From the NCBI GenBank assembly GCA_964594215.1, contig CAZQLN010000001.1, positions 103,638-167,637 on the forward strand: a DNA stretch of 64,000 nucleotides, given 5' to 3'. Of the stretch, positions 38,908 through 48,902 are shown in pieces. The notes beneath the pieces are model-generated. The model ran no database searches, had not been told where the DNA came from, and worked only from the letters and a program-made list of their open reading frames with translations. The translations under genes were made by a program, and so were the position numbers. Position 1 is the stretch's first letter, and every line of letters begins with the position of its first letter. The stretch is from an uncultured Bdellovibrionales bacterium. GTDB taxonomy: Bacteria; Patescibacteriota; Minisyncoccia; Moranbacterales; UBA1568.

Positions 38908-40413
38908 TTAGTACATGATAACAGAAATTGGCTGGAGTTTGACTACTGGTTTCACAATTTCATTAGCCACTACACTCTCAATCACATCTTCAGCTCGCTT
39001 GTAGTGAGAAGCATCCTGCTCAATGACTTTTTCTGAACGGCCGTTGTAGAGTTTGACCCCACGAGACTGCATTTTTTGGTGAAGTTCCTCGCGACTCGTA
39101 GGAACTTCAGTATCACTTTTTTGGGTAGCCTTACCGGCACCATGATTACAAGAGTAAAAACTCGACATATTGCCATCTTGCCCGACACAGAGATAGGCTT
39201 CGGTGCTCATAGAAGTCGGTATGAAGGCAGGCTCACCAGTATCCTTGAAAACAGGATGATCGTTCATACGAGCTGGGCCATAGGCTCGACTGGTACCGTT
39301 GCGATGAACCCAAATATTTTTGTCATAATGTTCTTCCTGACTCACCAAAATGTGAGGCATATCATAGAGAAGATCAGCCTCGATCTCTCGGCCCAGAACA
39401 CTTTCTGCAGTGGTGATGAAGTTATGAGTGATAGTAGCGCGGTTGGCATGAGCGAAATTTGAACAGGCCTTACGAGCTTTCATATATAGATCGCCATCGG
39501 GGCCGTTGCCATCAAAAGTAATCAAAGGTTCTTTCTTGCCATGATCTGATTCTCGGATCTTCTTTGCTATGCTGCCTACTATCTGGCGGTAGGGTGTACG
39601 CCAGAAGAATCTGCCGATGTTCATTAGGATAGCCGTGGAGCGGTGTTCACGTTTTTTGGCGGTAAACATATACATGGTGTACTGACCAAGAATACCAGAA
39701 CCGCAATGAACCATGAGGAGGTACTGACCCTTACGTAGATTAAATTTTTCGGCGACAACAGGATCGATAACGTCGGTCACTTTCATGAGGTCGAGAAAGT
39801 GATTACCGGCAGCACCGATAATTCCTGAACGGAATTGTGCAAAGAAGAGAAAGAGTGAAGGGATGATGTTTTTGATGTCGCGACGGCTTGGTGGGGTATC
39901 AAAGAAGTTGCCGCGATCGATACTATTCTCGGCTTCATTTTTAGTTTTGATACCGAGATAGTTTATCAGTGGTGCAATACCAAGACGCAAAATATCGATG
40001 ATGACTCCAAATGGAATAACAGTACCAACGTATTTCTTAGTAGGGACGGTTTTGGTAGCTTCTTGAAAAATAGCGTCTATTTGTTCAGGAGTGATGTTGT
40101 TTTCATCTAAATCCAAGCGTACAAGACGCATACCACAAGCTGGATCAGAGTCATTGACCTGAGGTAGAATAAAATTTTCTGAAGTAACAGTGGTGCCGGT
40201 GGCGTTTTTACGACTCGGCTTAGAATGCACATCGGCCATAGCGGCGATGTGATGGAATATAGCATCATTACCAGCAACACTTTCAAGCTGTAGGAGAGTT
40301 TCTTCTCCGGGCATCAACTTGTCTCCGATATGAAAGACGACAGGCACCTTCATCTTAGGAGTTTGGAATTCGCTTCGGTGTTCGCTTTTTTTGGTAAAAG
40401 AATTTTCAAACAT
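38908..40413 (-). CDS. rtcB: Divergent RtcB-family protein (GTP-dependent RNA ligase fold)
   Basis: MADVH, DPACGMRL, GNHFLD, VHCGS, NFAHANR, PH, WVHRNG, IPTSM, SCNHGAG, HYK..DV in canonical RtcB order; start set at MFENSF. Confidence 0.88.
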   Translation of the reverse strand: MFENSFTKKSEHRSEFQTPKMKVPVVFHIGDKLMPGEETLLQLESVAGNDAIFHHIAAMADVHSKPSRKNATGTTVTSENFILPQVNDSDPACGMRLVRLDLDENNITPEQIDAIFQEATKTVPTKKYVGTVIPFGVIIDILRLGIAPLINYLGIKTKNEAENSIDRGNFFDTPPSRRDIKNIIPSLFLFFAQFRSGIIGAAGNHFLDLMKVTDVIDPVVAEKFNLRKGQYLLMVHCGSGILGQYTMYMFTAKKREHRSTAILMNIGRFFWRTPYRQIVGSIAKKIRESDHGKKEPLITFDGNGPDGDLYMKARKACSNFAHANRATITHNFITTAESVLGREIEADLLYDMPHILVSQEEHYDKNIWVHRNGTSRAYGPARMNDHPVFKDTGEPAFIPTSMSTEAYLCVGQDGNMSSFYSCNHGAGKATQKSDTEVPTSREELHQKMQSRGVKLYNGRSEKVIEQDASHYKRAEDVIESVVANEIVKPVVKLQPISVIMY

Positions 40414-40435
40414 ACTAAATAAAAAGTGAGTAGAT

Positions 40436-41554
40436 TTAGAGTTGGCTGTAGATTGATTCATACTGACGAGCAGTTTGAGTCAAATCAAAGTGCTCTTCGA
40501 CATAGCGTCTGGCGTTTTGGCCGAGTTGTTCACAAATGTGAGGATTATCCTTTAGATAAGCCATTGATTCAGTAAATTTTTCTCCTGAACCGGCCTCTAT
40601 ACTAACACATATTTCAGGGTTCGAAAACTCAGAAAATTCATCCAGATCACTTAAAATGACAGGAGTGCCACAGGCATAGGCCTCAATGATAATAAGAGGA
40701 ACATCGAACTTACCAGCTAGGTTGACTACTGGAAAAGCGATGACGTCAGCAGAGTTATAGAGACTCGGCATGTCAGGCACGGTATCTGAGTAGCCAACAA
40801 ACTTCTCTAAGCCAGCCTGTTTGAAAGATTGTTGTACCCACTCTTTCTTTTTTTGATCAGCTTCATTTTTGATACGGTTAGCGAAAACAAAACGGATAGT
40901 GGTATCGGGATGGCTAGAGAAAAAAGTAATAAGAGACTGAACGAGCATGTCGGTAGCACCGAGACGAGTGTATTCCCCGGGGTACATGACGAGAAAATGA
41001 GTCTCATCGAAACCAAGACTCTGGATGAAGTCAATGTTCTTAGGAGTTTTTTGGTAGCGCTTGAGATCAATACCAGGATAAATACGAGTGACATTTTGGA
41101 AACCAAGATCAAGCAAGCTTTTCTTGGTGCGGTCCGTATACACTACCAAATGATCAGCAAAGAGAAGTGAGCGTAAATCTTCTTGGCTATAAAGATCTTG
41201 TCGTAAGGTGGCGACTGTTTGGAGGGTTTTGCCTCGAGTAGGAAAAGCTAAGTGCTTGATGAGGCGAGTATTCATTTTGGTGGGAGTAAAGATATAGTGA
41301 GTGACATCGAATGAGTCACGAACACTTCTAAGGTAACGAAACAGGGCCCACTTAGCGAAGAGGTCGAAATGGCCGCTTGGAAAAATAGGGATTTGGTTGA
41401 CGCTTTCCTGTAAACCTGCCAAGGGGGTTTTAGTCGTAAGGAGAGAGAGTTTATGTCCATTGACTTCACGACCAAGAAAATAGGCGAAGTTTTTGGAAGC
41501 TTCGTCCCAAGGAGGAACAAGTGGACGAGTAGCGAGGAGAACAGATTTGGACAT
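40436..41554 (-). CDS. GT4 glycosyltransferase
   Basis: PPWDEA, IYPGIDL, YNSADVIAFP, PLIIIEAYACGTPVILSD. Confidence 0.85.
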   Translation of the reverse strand: MSKSVLLATRPLVPPWDEASKNFAYFLGREVNGHKLSLLTTKTPLAGLQESVNQIPIFPSGHFDLFAKWALFRYLRSVRDSFDVTHYIFTPTKMNTRLIKHLAFPTRGKTLQTVATLRQDLYSQEDLRSLLFADHLVVYTDRTKKSLLDLGFQNVTRIYPGIDLKRYQKTPKNIDFIQSLGFDETHFLVMYPGEYTRLGATDMLVQSLITFFSSHPDTTIRFVFANRIKNEADQKKKEWVQQSFKQAGLEKFVGYSDTVPDMPSLYNSADVIAFPVVNLAGKFDVPLIIIEAYACGTPVILSDLDEFSEFSNPEICVSIEAGSGEKFTESMAYLKDNPHICEQLGQNARRYVEEHFDLTQTARQYESIYSQL

Positions 41555-41559
41555 AAGAG

Positions 41560-41925
41560 TTATTTGTAATTACGGAAGAGTTCTTGGACCTCGTCTTTAT
41601 GCTTCACACGGACAACGACGTGCTGTTGGGAGAAGCTTTTTTCCGGAGTAATGAGGAGAACCTTGTTTTCTCCGAGAGGCGCTTCGAAGTTACCTTCACT
41701 AATAAGAGTATTGTCACCAAGAATCTGGTAAGAGAAATCTTTGGTTTCAGTATAGTTGGTGACTACAATATCAATATTTCTGTTTCTATCTGGACGGATA
41801 AAAGAAACGGACCACCAGTTTTTGCCTTTTTCAGGATTGAGTTCATCGATACTTCTGTGAAAAAGAAACACAAAAGAGCAAAACAAGAAGGTTATGAGGA
41901 GAACGAGAAGAGCGGACTGTTTCAT
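41560..41925 (-). CDS. Small membrane-anchored protein with beta-rich soluble domain
   Basis: N-terminal TM segment; 4-bp overlap with upstream gene, same operon. Confidence 0.7.
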   Translation of the reverse strand: MKQSALLVLLITFLFCSFVFLFHRSIDELNPEKGKNWWSVSFIRPDRNRNIDIVVTNYTETKDFSYQILGDNTLISEGNFEAPLGENKVLLITPEKSFSQQHVVVRVKHKDEVQELFRNYK

Positions 41926-43886
41926 AAAGAGGTGTTTTTTTGGTAGATAGTGATGTAGCGAGAAGTGTAGATTTTGGAAAACTTTTTGGCAGAGTCAAAT
42001 TGGGCACTATCCTTCACTGAGTCAACAACCACGAAGTTAACTCCTGTTGCTTGGAAACAACGTTCGCCATCTTTGGAGCTAGGGGTGGATATCATATAGA
42101 GGGTACAGTGTTCTCGATCAGGATTTGTCTCGTAGCGACCAAAATAGGCTCGAGAGAATGGATAGCTGTAGCCACGCATGAAGAATAACTTCATCCAGGC
42201 ATCACCAACGATGAAGTTATGATCTTTGACGATACGGTCATCACTGCTGGTGTGGGCGGCTAGAAATTCACTGGCATGTATAGTTGCCACGATAGGCTCA
42301 GCTTTGCTTTCAGTGAGGAGAGAAGAAGAGTTATCGTAACTGCCATTACTAAAAATAAAAACAAAGAGAAAAACCAATGAAAAAAGACTAAGGATGCGTG
42401 GCAGAAAATCACGATAGAGTTTGAGATAAGAAAGAAGGATGAGAAAAGATAAGCTACCAAGTATTCCAATTGGAAAGGAAAGGTAGGCGCCGATACGACT
42501 CGAAGGAATATCAATAAACAAAAGGTCGGGACGAAGAGTAATAAGAAGAAGGATCCCTATCCAGGCTATAAGGAAGCTACGAGCGTAGCCTTTGGTTTTA
42601 GCACCAAAAGCCAAAAAGAAAAGACCTAAGAGAGCAAGTGCTAAACGGGGTGTTCCTACAGAGTTACTGACTTGCTCAAATGTGAGCCCAGTGCGGGTGG
42701 TTCTTGTAGGGGTGCCCACGGCCGTAACGACAGCATTGGTTTCAATGTAAGTGGGCATGGCGACGTAGAAAAAGAAAAGAACACTGGTAGTAATAACTGC
42801 AAGCGGGAATGGTTTCATGAGAAGAGTAAACCAATCTTTGAGAATGGGAAGAAGGTTTCGGAAGTGAAGCGCTAGATGAAGGAGGATGGTAGCCACCAAA
42901 ATGAAGAGGAACATGAAGGTACTTAGGTGGTGAATATAGGCAAGGGTCCAAGAGAATAACAAAGCCAGACCAAGGAAGCGGCTATCTTTGGTGCGTAGAC
43001 CTCGATATAAACACAGAAGAATAAGTGGGATGAAAAGATTGCCAAAGGTATTACCTACCACGCCACCGCTCACAAATTTACTCTGAGGAGAACCAATAGA
43101 ATAAATGGGTCCAAAGAAAAGAAGTGTTACCAAGAAGGCGTTCTCACCATTCCAGAGGCTCTTTTTGAGGCCGGGCAGTTTAATACCGCGTGCCAGATAG
43201 TAGGCAAGAGTAGCAAGGGCAAGAAGGCTCAGGATATTGATCAAATGAAGAAAGAGTACAGGAAAAGCGCTCAGATAACTGGTTGCCGAAAACATTGAGA
43301 TAGCTGCCAAGGTAAGGTGTTCTCCAATGATGAAATCAGCGATTGGTTCGGGTGAGGTAACTCGAAAACCACTCGCCGGGTCACTGACAATGTTTTGTTC
43401 AGCATAGAAGGGGAGATTGCCTGTTTCAGAAATACTTTTGGCCCAATAGAGATGATGGCCAAGATCTGTGGCAGTGGGAACAATGGTGTTACTAAGGTAG
43501 ATCGTCTTAATCAGGAGGGTAGCACCAATGAGGAGCAAAAAAACCAGAGCCTGTTTTTTGGAAAACGTGAAAATATGTTGAGGAGGTTTTTCTTCTTGGC
43601 GCTCTCTACGACTAAGGAGTGAGAAGCAGATAGCCAAAAAGACTGTCAGAAGAGTAAGAAAAACAGAAAGAGTAAGCACGTTGAGACTAATACCCGCCTT
43701 ACCAATAGTGATCATTCCAAAAATAAGGATAGACTGACTAAGAGCAAAAGAAAAACAAAGTTTTTCCCAGAGCGTAAGAATAAGAGAACGTCTCTCAAAA
43801 AGCGCACCCAAAACAAACCAACCAATGATGAAACAAAGGGCAGAAAGAGTTGCTAAAAATGGCAGAAAAGCTGTTGGAAACCACAT
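41922..43886 (-). CDS. Polytopic membrane protein, probable GT-C-fold transferase
   Basis: About 13 TM segments, loop PTATDLGHH, YIHHLS, soluble C-terminus; glycan operon context. Confidence 0.6.
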   Translation of the reverse strand: MWFPTAFLPFLATLSALCFIIGWFVLGALFERRSLILTLWEKLCFSFALSQSILIFGMITIGKAGISLNVLTLSVFLTLLTVFLAICFSLLSRRERQEEKPPQHIFTFSKKQALVFLLLIGATLLIKTIYLSNTIVPTATDLGHHLYWAKSISETGNLPFYAEQNIVSDPASGFRVTSPEPIADFIIGEHLTLAAISMFSATSYLSAFPVLFLHLINILSLLALATLAYYLARGIKLPGLKKSLWNGENAFLVTLLFFGPIYSIGSPQSKFVSGGVVGNTFGNLFIPLILLCLYRGLRTKDSRFLGLALLFSWTLAYIHHLSTFMFLFILVATILLHLALHFRNLLPILKDWFTLLMKPFPLAVITTSVLFFFYVAMPTYIETNAVVTAVGTPTRTTRTGLTFEQVSNSVGTPRLALALLGLFFLAFGAKTKGYARSFLIAWIGILLLITLRPDLLFIDIPSSRIGAYLSFPIGILGSLSFLILLSYLKLYRDFLPRILSLFSLVFLFVFIFSNGSYDNSSSLLTESKAEPIVATIHASEFLAAHTSSDDRIVKDHNFIVGDAWMKLFFMRGYSYPFSRAYFGRYETNPDREHCTLYMISTPSSKDGERCFQATGVNFVVVDSVKDSAQFDSAKKFSKIYTSRYITIYQKNTSL

Positions 43887-43900
43887 AGAATCTTGTTCTT

Positions 43901-45022
43901 TTATTGTACCTTTCCTTCCTGGTTTGCCAAAGCCGCTACGTATTTTTGGGCAATATAAGACCAGTGATAGTGTTCTTCGGTGTAGAGGGCTGCCTTGGTA
44001 CCAAAAGCGATACGGGCGGTATCACTAGCGAGCAGATCGAGAATAGTCTGTATATAGGCTTCTGTATCACGAGGGGGAACAAGAAATCCGTTTTGTTCAT
44101 GAGTAAGAGCATCTTTGAGACCCTCAAGATCGGAGGCAATAACTGGGCGTTTACAGATAGCGGCCTCTAATACGGTAAGACCGAAACCCTCCATACTGCC
44201 CGGGATAGGGATATTTGGAGAAACGACGATATCGACACTGTTAAAAAGAATCTGCATATGCTCCCAAGGAAGATTAGTAAGGAGTTTCACATTGTCACCA
44301 AGACCAAGTTCTTGGACTGCTTTTTCACAGAGAGGGAAGTAGTCGCTATCACCGGGAGTATTTTTTTTGACCACCGCTCCAGCAGCAACAAAAATAATAT
44401 TTTTAGGTAGCTTTGGCATGACTTCACGGATAAACCACTCGACACCCTTATGAGCGACATAGCGACCAGTACGGAGAATAACGTACTTATCAGTAAGGGA
44501 TATACCGAGGAGTTTCTCGAGTTCTTGGCGAGTAGTGGGTCGGAGGACGGCTTCGGGATCAATACCGTTGTGGATGACTTGAAGCGTTGCCGGTTCAAGA
44601 CCAGCACGAATAGCTGTCTCGCGAGTTTCTTCGCTTACCGTGATGAGACGATCAAGAGTTTTCAGGCAAGGAATATTAACAAGGGCATACATGCGAGCAA
44701 GAAAACCTTCTTTGGTAGCAAAGGTGATATCAAGGCCATGAAGCACAGAAGCAACGGTTTTGTGGGGATAGCATATTTTAAGAACAGCACCAATAGGTGC
44801 CAACACACCGTCACCAAGGAGAATGGTGTCAAACTTACGAGCCTGCCAAAGTGATTGGATGAGTACTCTCGGTAAGAAGAAGGGTAAACCGGTCTTACCT
44901 TTACGATTAGCGATAGTGACAGTTTCAGTGATTTTAGGTAACCACACTGAAAGAGCGTAATTTTGATTTTCGATACCACCAGTGATTGGTGGGTAGGCCC
45001 GTGAGATGAAAAGGATTTTCAT
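43901..45022 (-). CDS. GT4 glycosyltransferase
   Basis: YPPITGGIE, HNGID, HKG, EGFGLTVLEAA. Confidence 0.9.
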   Translation of the reverse strand: MKILFISRAYPPITGGIENQNYALSVWLPKITETVTIANRKGKTGLPFFLPRVLIQSLWQARKFDTILLGDGVLAPIGAVLKICYPHKTVASVLHGLDITFATKEGFLARMYALVNIPCLKTLDRLITVSEETRETAIRAGLEPATLQVIHNGIDPEAVLRPTTRQELEKLLGISLTDKYVILRTGRYVAHKGVEWFIREVMPKLPKNIIFVAAGAVVKKNTPGDSDYFPLCEKAVQELGLGDNVKLLTNLPWEHMQILFNSVDIVVSPNIPIPGSMEGFGLTVLEAAICKRPVIASDLEGLKDALTHEQNGFLVPPRDTEAYIQTILDLLASDTARIAFGTKAALYTEEHYHWSYIAQKYVAALANQEGKVQ

Positions 45023-45079
45023 AGTAGATGATTTTGTTAGGGCAGTACGGTTATGCTCTACCACCAAAATCCCAGCAGA

Positions 45080-46030
45080 TTATCGAGAGTATTTGTCTTT
45101 TTTGATTTGGTACATCAGATCTTCAGTAAGGCGACGTGAAGAACGGATCATATCTGCAATAAGGGCAAAGACAAAAAACTGCAGACCGATAAAGAAGAAA
45201 CCAGAAGCGAACCAGAGGTAGTTACGATACGGAGAGATTTTCAGATCTTGGAAGTAGAAGAAAAGAAAAACAAGAAAGAGTACAATACCAAGAGTCATCA
45301 AAAAAAGTCCAGGGATACCAAAAAACTTCATTGGACGGACATCGCGGATAGCGCGAATAATAATTCGGAAGCTGTTGTTGACATAGCTCCAGATGGTTTT
45401 GACGACACGACTTTTGCGCCCCTCAAAGTAGGTGACCATGACGGGAAGCCAAACAATCTTGAGGTTTTTACCAAGGGCATCGATAATCACTTCTTGAGTG
45501 TAGGTGAAGTCTCCTGGGAGATTGAGACGTAGCAGGGTTTCTTTATTATAAGCGCGGAAACCACAGGTAAGATCCTTGATGTTCACATTCATGAATGAGC
45601 CGATTACCTTAGCAGCTACACGGTTGAGGAGATCCTTGAGAAAGGGGATGTTTTTGGCGGCTAGATGATCAAAACGATCAGCACTGACCATATCAGCTTC
45701 ATGTTTGAGAAGGGGTTGGATGAGCTTTTTGATATCCTCAGGATCGAACTGACCATCAGCATCGATATTGACCATGATATCAGCCCCATTTTCCAAAGCT
45801 CGCTCAACGGCATGGCGGAAGGTTTTGCCAATACCACGATTGACACCGTTACTGTAGACAAATTCAGCACCAGCTTCTTTGGCAACCCGAAAGGTGTTGT
45901 CCTTAGAACCATCATCAATCACCTGAACAAATACTTCATCAATACCCTCGATAGTTCGTGGGACTCGCTTGATGGTACTGGCAATTTTCTCCTCTTCATT
46001 GAATGCTGGTAGGTTGACGATGAGACGCAT
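45080..46030 (-). CDS. GT2 polyprenol-phosphate glycosyltransferase with C-terminal TM helices
   Basis: PAFNEE, DDGSKD, NIDADGQF, DLTCGFRAY, FTYTQE. Confidence 0.9.
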   Translation of the reverse strand: MRLIVNLPAFNEEEKIASTIKRVPRTIEGIDEVFVQVIDDGSKDNTFRVAKEAGAEFVYSNGVNRGIGKTFRHAVERALENGADIMVNIDADGQFDPEDIKKLIQPLLKHEADMVSADRFDHLAAKNIPFLKDLLNRVAAKVIGSFMNVNIKDLTCGFRAYNKETLLRLNLPGDFTYTQEVIIDALGKNLKIVWLPVMVTYFEGRKSRVVKTIWSYVNNSFRIIIRAIRDVRPMKFFGIPGLFLMTLGIVLFLVFLFFYFQDLKISPYRNYLWFASGFFFIGLQFFVFALIADMIRSSRRLTEDLMYQIKKDKYSR

Positions 46031-46061
46031 AGAGTTAGATTAAAAATTGAAATGTTGCTTA

Positions 46062-46307
46062 TTATTTATGATTCTTTTGGATAAACAATTCCGGGTCTAC
46101 ACACTTGATATCACAGTGAGCCTTGAGATCTTCGGTGCCATTGTCGAGAAGCTCTTGTTTGCAGCGATCGATTTCTTTTTGGCAGGAAGCTTGGCGTTCT
46201 TGGAGATAGTTCCAGTTGGGTTGATAACCGAAGTAATTAAGGACAAAAGAAGCAACAACGATGAAGCCGGTAACCCAAACAGCAGTACGGATAAGAAACC
46301 AAATCAT
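46062..46307 (-). CDS. Small membrane-anchored Cys-containing hypothetical protein
   Basis: N-terminal TM segment, four Cys; starts 3 bp after upstream stop. Confidence 0.65.
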   Translation of the reverse strand: MIWFLIRTAVWVTGFIVVASFVLNYFGYQPNWNYLQERQASCQKEIDRCKQELLDNGTEDLKAHCDIKCVDPELFIQKNHK

Positions 46308-46310
46308 AGA

Positions 46311-47615
46311 TTAACGGCCAATACCACGATAAATGAAAGTGCCTTCATGGGCAACAAAAGCGTCCCGATTGAGGCAGTTTTTACCATCAATAATGGCTTT
46401 AATGTTGTTCTCTATCAGAAGCTCGGGCGTGAGTGATTCGATAAACTCACGGTGATTGGTAGCGATGATGAGGGCATCAGCTTTACCCAGGATTTCTTCG
46501 AGTGACTGAGAAGAAGAGTGTTCTGGAAGTAGTGGATCAAAGGTTTCAACAATACACTTATGATTACCAAGTTCCATAATGATAGTTTCAGCCGGAGATT
46601 CACGGAGATCAGCCACGTTGGCCTTATACGAAAGACCTAAGACGCCAATAGTAGTGTTTTTCATTGGCAGCTCCATTTCATTTAAGGCATCCTGGAGTCT
46701 ATCAACGGTATACAGAGGCATGCCGTCGTTGGTGCTGATAGCAAGTTTGAGGAAGGCGTGGTTGAAGCCGGACTCTTTGGCTCGTTCAACCAGGTAGTGA
46801 GGATCAACTGGGATACAGTGACCACCGACACCACATGATGGATAATGAGCCATAAAAGCAAACGGCTTGGTAGCAGCCCCATCGATCACATCTTTGACAT
46901 CGATGTTCAAACGATCAAAAGAGCGAGCAATTTCATTGACGAAAGCGATATTGACGTTACGGAAAGAGTTTTCCAGGATCTTAACGGCCTCAGCCTCACG
47001 GATGTGTTTCATGGGACGAATCTCAGCATCGATAATAGAGGAGTAAAACTGGAGAGACATCTCGAGACCGGTCTTCTCGAAAGAACCGACCACGCGAGGA
47101 ATATTGGTCACGTTCCATTTTGGATCTCCTGGATTGATACGTTCAGGACAGTGAGAGATGAAAATATCCTCACCAATAGTGAAGCCATGTTTTTCAAAGA
47201 TAGGCTTAATGACTTCCTCGGAAACGTATGGATTGACAGTAGACTCGAGAACGACGAGGGCACCTTTCTTGGTATGGCTGGCTACCATCTCAGTGGCTCC
47301 AATGACTGGAGTGAGGTCAGGATGACGGAGCGCATCTACGGGGGTAGGGACAGCAATCAGATGGACATCAGCATCTTTGATGTCACTCGGATCAGAGGTA
47401 AGGGCATGGAGAGGGAAGAGGGCGAAGTTTTCTTCGAGGTACTCATCACTAAAAGGTTGTTTGCCTGACTTAAGGAGAGCGATTTTTTCTGCATCAATAT
47501 CTACACCGATCACTTCGTAACCTCGTTCTTGGCAGCGTACGGCCAATGGAAGGCCTACATAACCGAGACCAATTACTGAAACTTTCTTCAAATCAAAAGA
47601 GTTTGTTTCTTGCAT
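46311..47615 (-). CDS. UDP-N-acetylhexosamine 6-dehydrogenase (WbpA/WecC/TviB family)
   Basis: GLGYVGLPLA, AVPTP, LESTV, PERINPG, ENSFRNVNIAFVNE, GVGGHCIPVDP, YKANVADLRESP. Confidence 0.92.
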   Translation of the reverse strand: MQETNSFDLKKVSVIGLGYVGLPLAVRCQERGYEVIGVDIDAEKIALLKSGKQPFSDEYLEENFALFPLHALTSDPSDIKDADVHLIAVPTPVDALRHPDLTPVIGATEMVASHTKKGALVVLESTVNPYVSEEVIKPIFEKHGFTIGEDIFISHCPERINPGDPKWNVTNIPRVVGSFEKTGLEMSLQFYSSIIDAEIRPMKHIREAEAVKILENSFRNVNIAFVNEIARSFDRLNIDVKDVIDGAATKPFAFMAHYPSCGVGGHCIPVDPHYLVERAKESGFNHAFLKLAISTNDGMPLYTVDRLQDALNEMELPMKNTTIGVLGLSYKANVADLRESPAETIIMELGNHKCIVETFDPLLPEHSSSQSLEEILGKADALIIATNHREFIESLTPELLIENNIKAIIDGKNCLNRDAFVAHEGTFIYRGIGR

Positions 47616-47756
47616 AGATTTTCTTAGGTATAACCCCTCCATTGTATAAAAAAGGCTTCCAAAAAGCAAATAAGGTTTTTCCTATAGGAGAACCCTGCTT
47701 TTCTTTTTAAAAAATTTAATCACGCTTTCTTTTTTTAAATGCTATACTATATCTAT

Positions 47757-48902
47757 ATGCGCATAGGAATCAACGCATCTTTTTTACGTAAACCAGGAAC
47801 TGGCATTGGCCAGGTGACTTGGCATTTTCTCCGAACACTCAAAGACTTACCTGAAGCCGAGGGGCACCAATTTTTCTTGTATACGGAGACAGATTATGAA
47901 GGGGAGAAATGGCCAGAGAATTTCCATATCAAAACCATCACTTCTTGGTGGAAACGTGATGACGAACTTCGTAAGTATTTATTCGAAGCCCAAGCCCTAC
48001 CACGTGCAGCACAGACGGATAAGTGTGATGTGGTTTTGTCTCTGTATCAGAGTGCTACGATTCTGACCACTATCCCGCACCTGGTAGTGGTGCACGATAT
48101 AATTCCGGAAATTTTTCCTCAATACCGAAGCACCTTCCGTAAGCGCTTTTTTTGGAATCAGGTAAAGAAGGCTCTTATTGAGGCGAGTGGTTATATCACG
48201 GTTTCTCTTCACACCAAAGAGGATCTTGTGAAGTATCTTAAAATAGATCCCAACAAAGTGACCGTATGTTTACCGTCGGTTGATCCAATTTTTGAGAAAG
48301 AAGTGTGTTTGCCAGAAAAAGCCCGGGTAGTTATGAAGTATAGTCTACCTGAAAAGTTTATTTATCATGGTGGGGGACTTGAGATCCGTAAGAATACGGA
48401 GTTGGTGTTGCGGGCTTATAAAGTTTTGACACAAATCATGCGAGAGAAAGAACTACCACGGCTAGTGATTTCTGGCACCATCTACAGTCAAAGAAACCCA
48501 CTAGCTACTCCCGTCAAGAAATTGATTCAGGAGCTTGAGCTTGAGGACAAGGTCTTACTCCTTGGCCATGTACCTTTAGCTGAACTGCCAGCTCTCTATG
48601 CTTTAGGAGAGGTCTTTATTTATCCTAGTCGCTATGAAGGATTTGGTTTGCCAGTTCTTGAAGCGATGAAGGTGGGTGTGCCAGTGATCACTACTCGAAT
48701 AGCCTCTTTACCTGAGGTGGGTGGAGAGACGGTTTTGTATACACATCCAGATGATAAAGAAGCCTTAGCTCGTTTGATCAAGAAAGTGCTCCATGAGGAT
48801 GCTTTACGTACGCAACTGAGTAGGGGAGGTAAACAGGTGGCTCAAAAATTCAATTGGATATCTTTTACTCAAGGTGTACTTGGGGCTATTCATAAATTAT
48901 GA
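47757..48902 (+). CDS. GT4 glycosyltransferase (mannosyltransferase-like)
   Basis: TGIG, HDIIP, RKN, YPSRYEGFGLPVLEAM. Confidence 0.92.
   Translation: MRIGINASFLRKPGTGIGQVTWHFLRTLKDLPEAEGHQFFLYTETDYEGEKWPENFHIKTITSWWKRDDELRKYLFEAQALPRAAQTDKCDVVLSLYQSATILTTIPHLVVVHDIIPEIFPQYRSTFRKRFFWNQVKKALIEASGYITVSLHTKEDLVKYLKIDPNKVTVCLPSVDPIFEKEVCLPEKARVVMKYSLPEKFIYHGGGLEIRKNTELVLRAYKVLTQIMREKELPRLVISGTIYSQRNPLATPVKKLIQELELEDKVLLLGHVPLAELPALYALGEVFIYPSRYEGFGLPVLEAMKVGVPVITTRIASLPEVGGETVLYTHPDDKEALARLIKKVLHEDALRTQLSRGGKQVAQKFNWISFTQGVLGAIHKL

Noticed and set aside
38908-40413. Standard Rtc RNA-repair operon or intein-containing RtcB
   Set aside because: No rtcA, rtcR, archease or prfH neighbours. Length (~500 aa) is normal and no intein motifs are seen.
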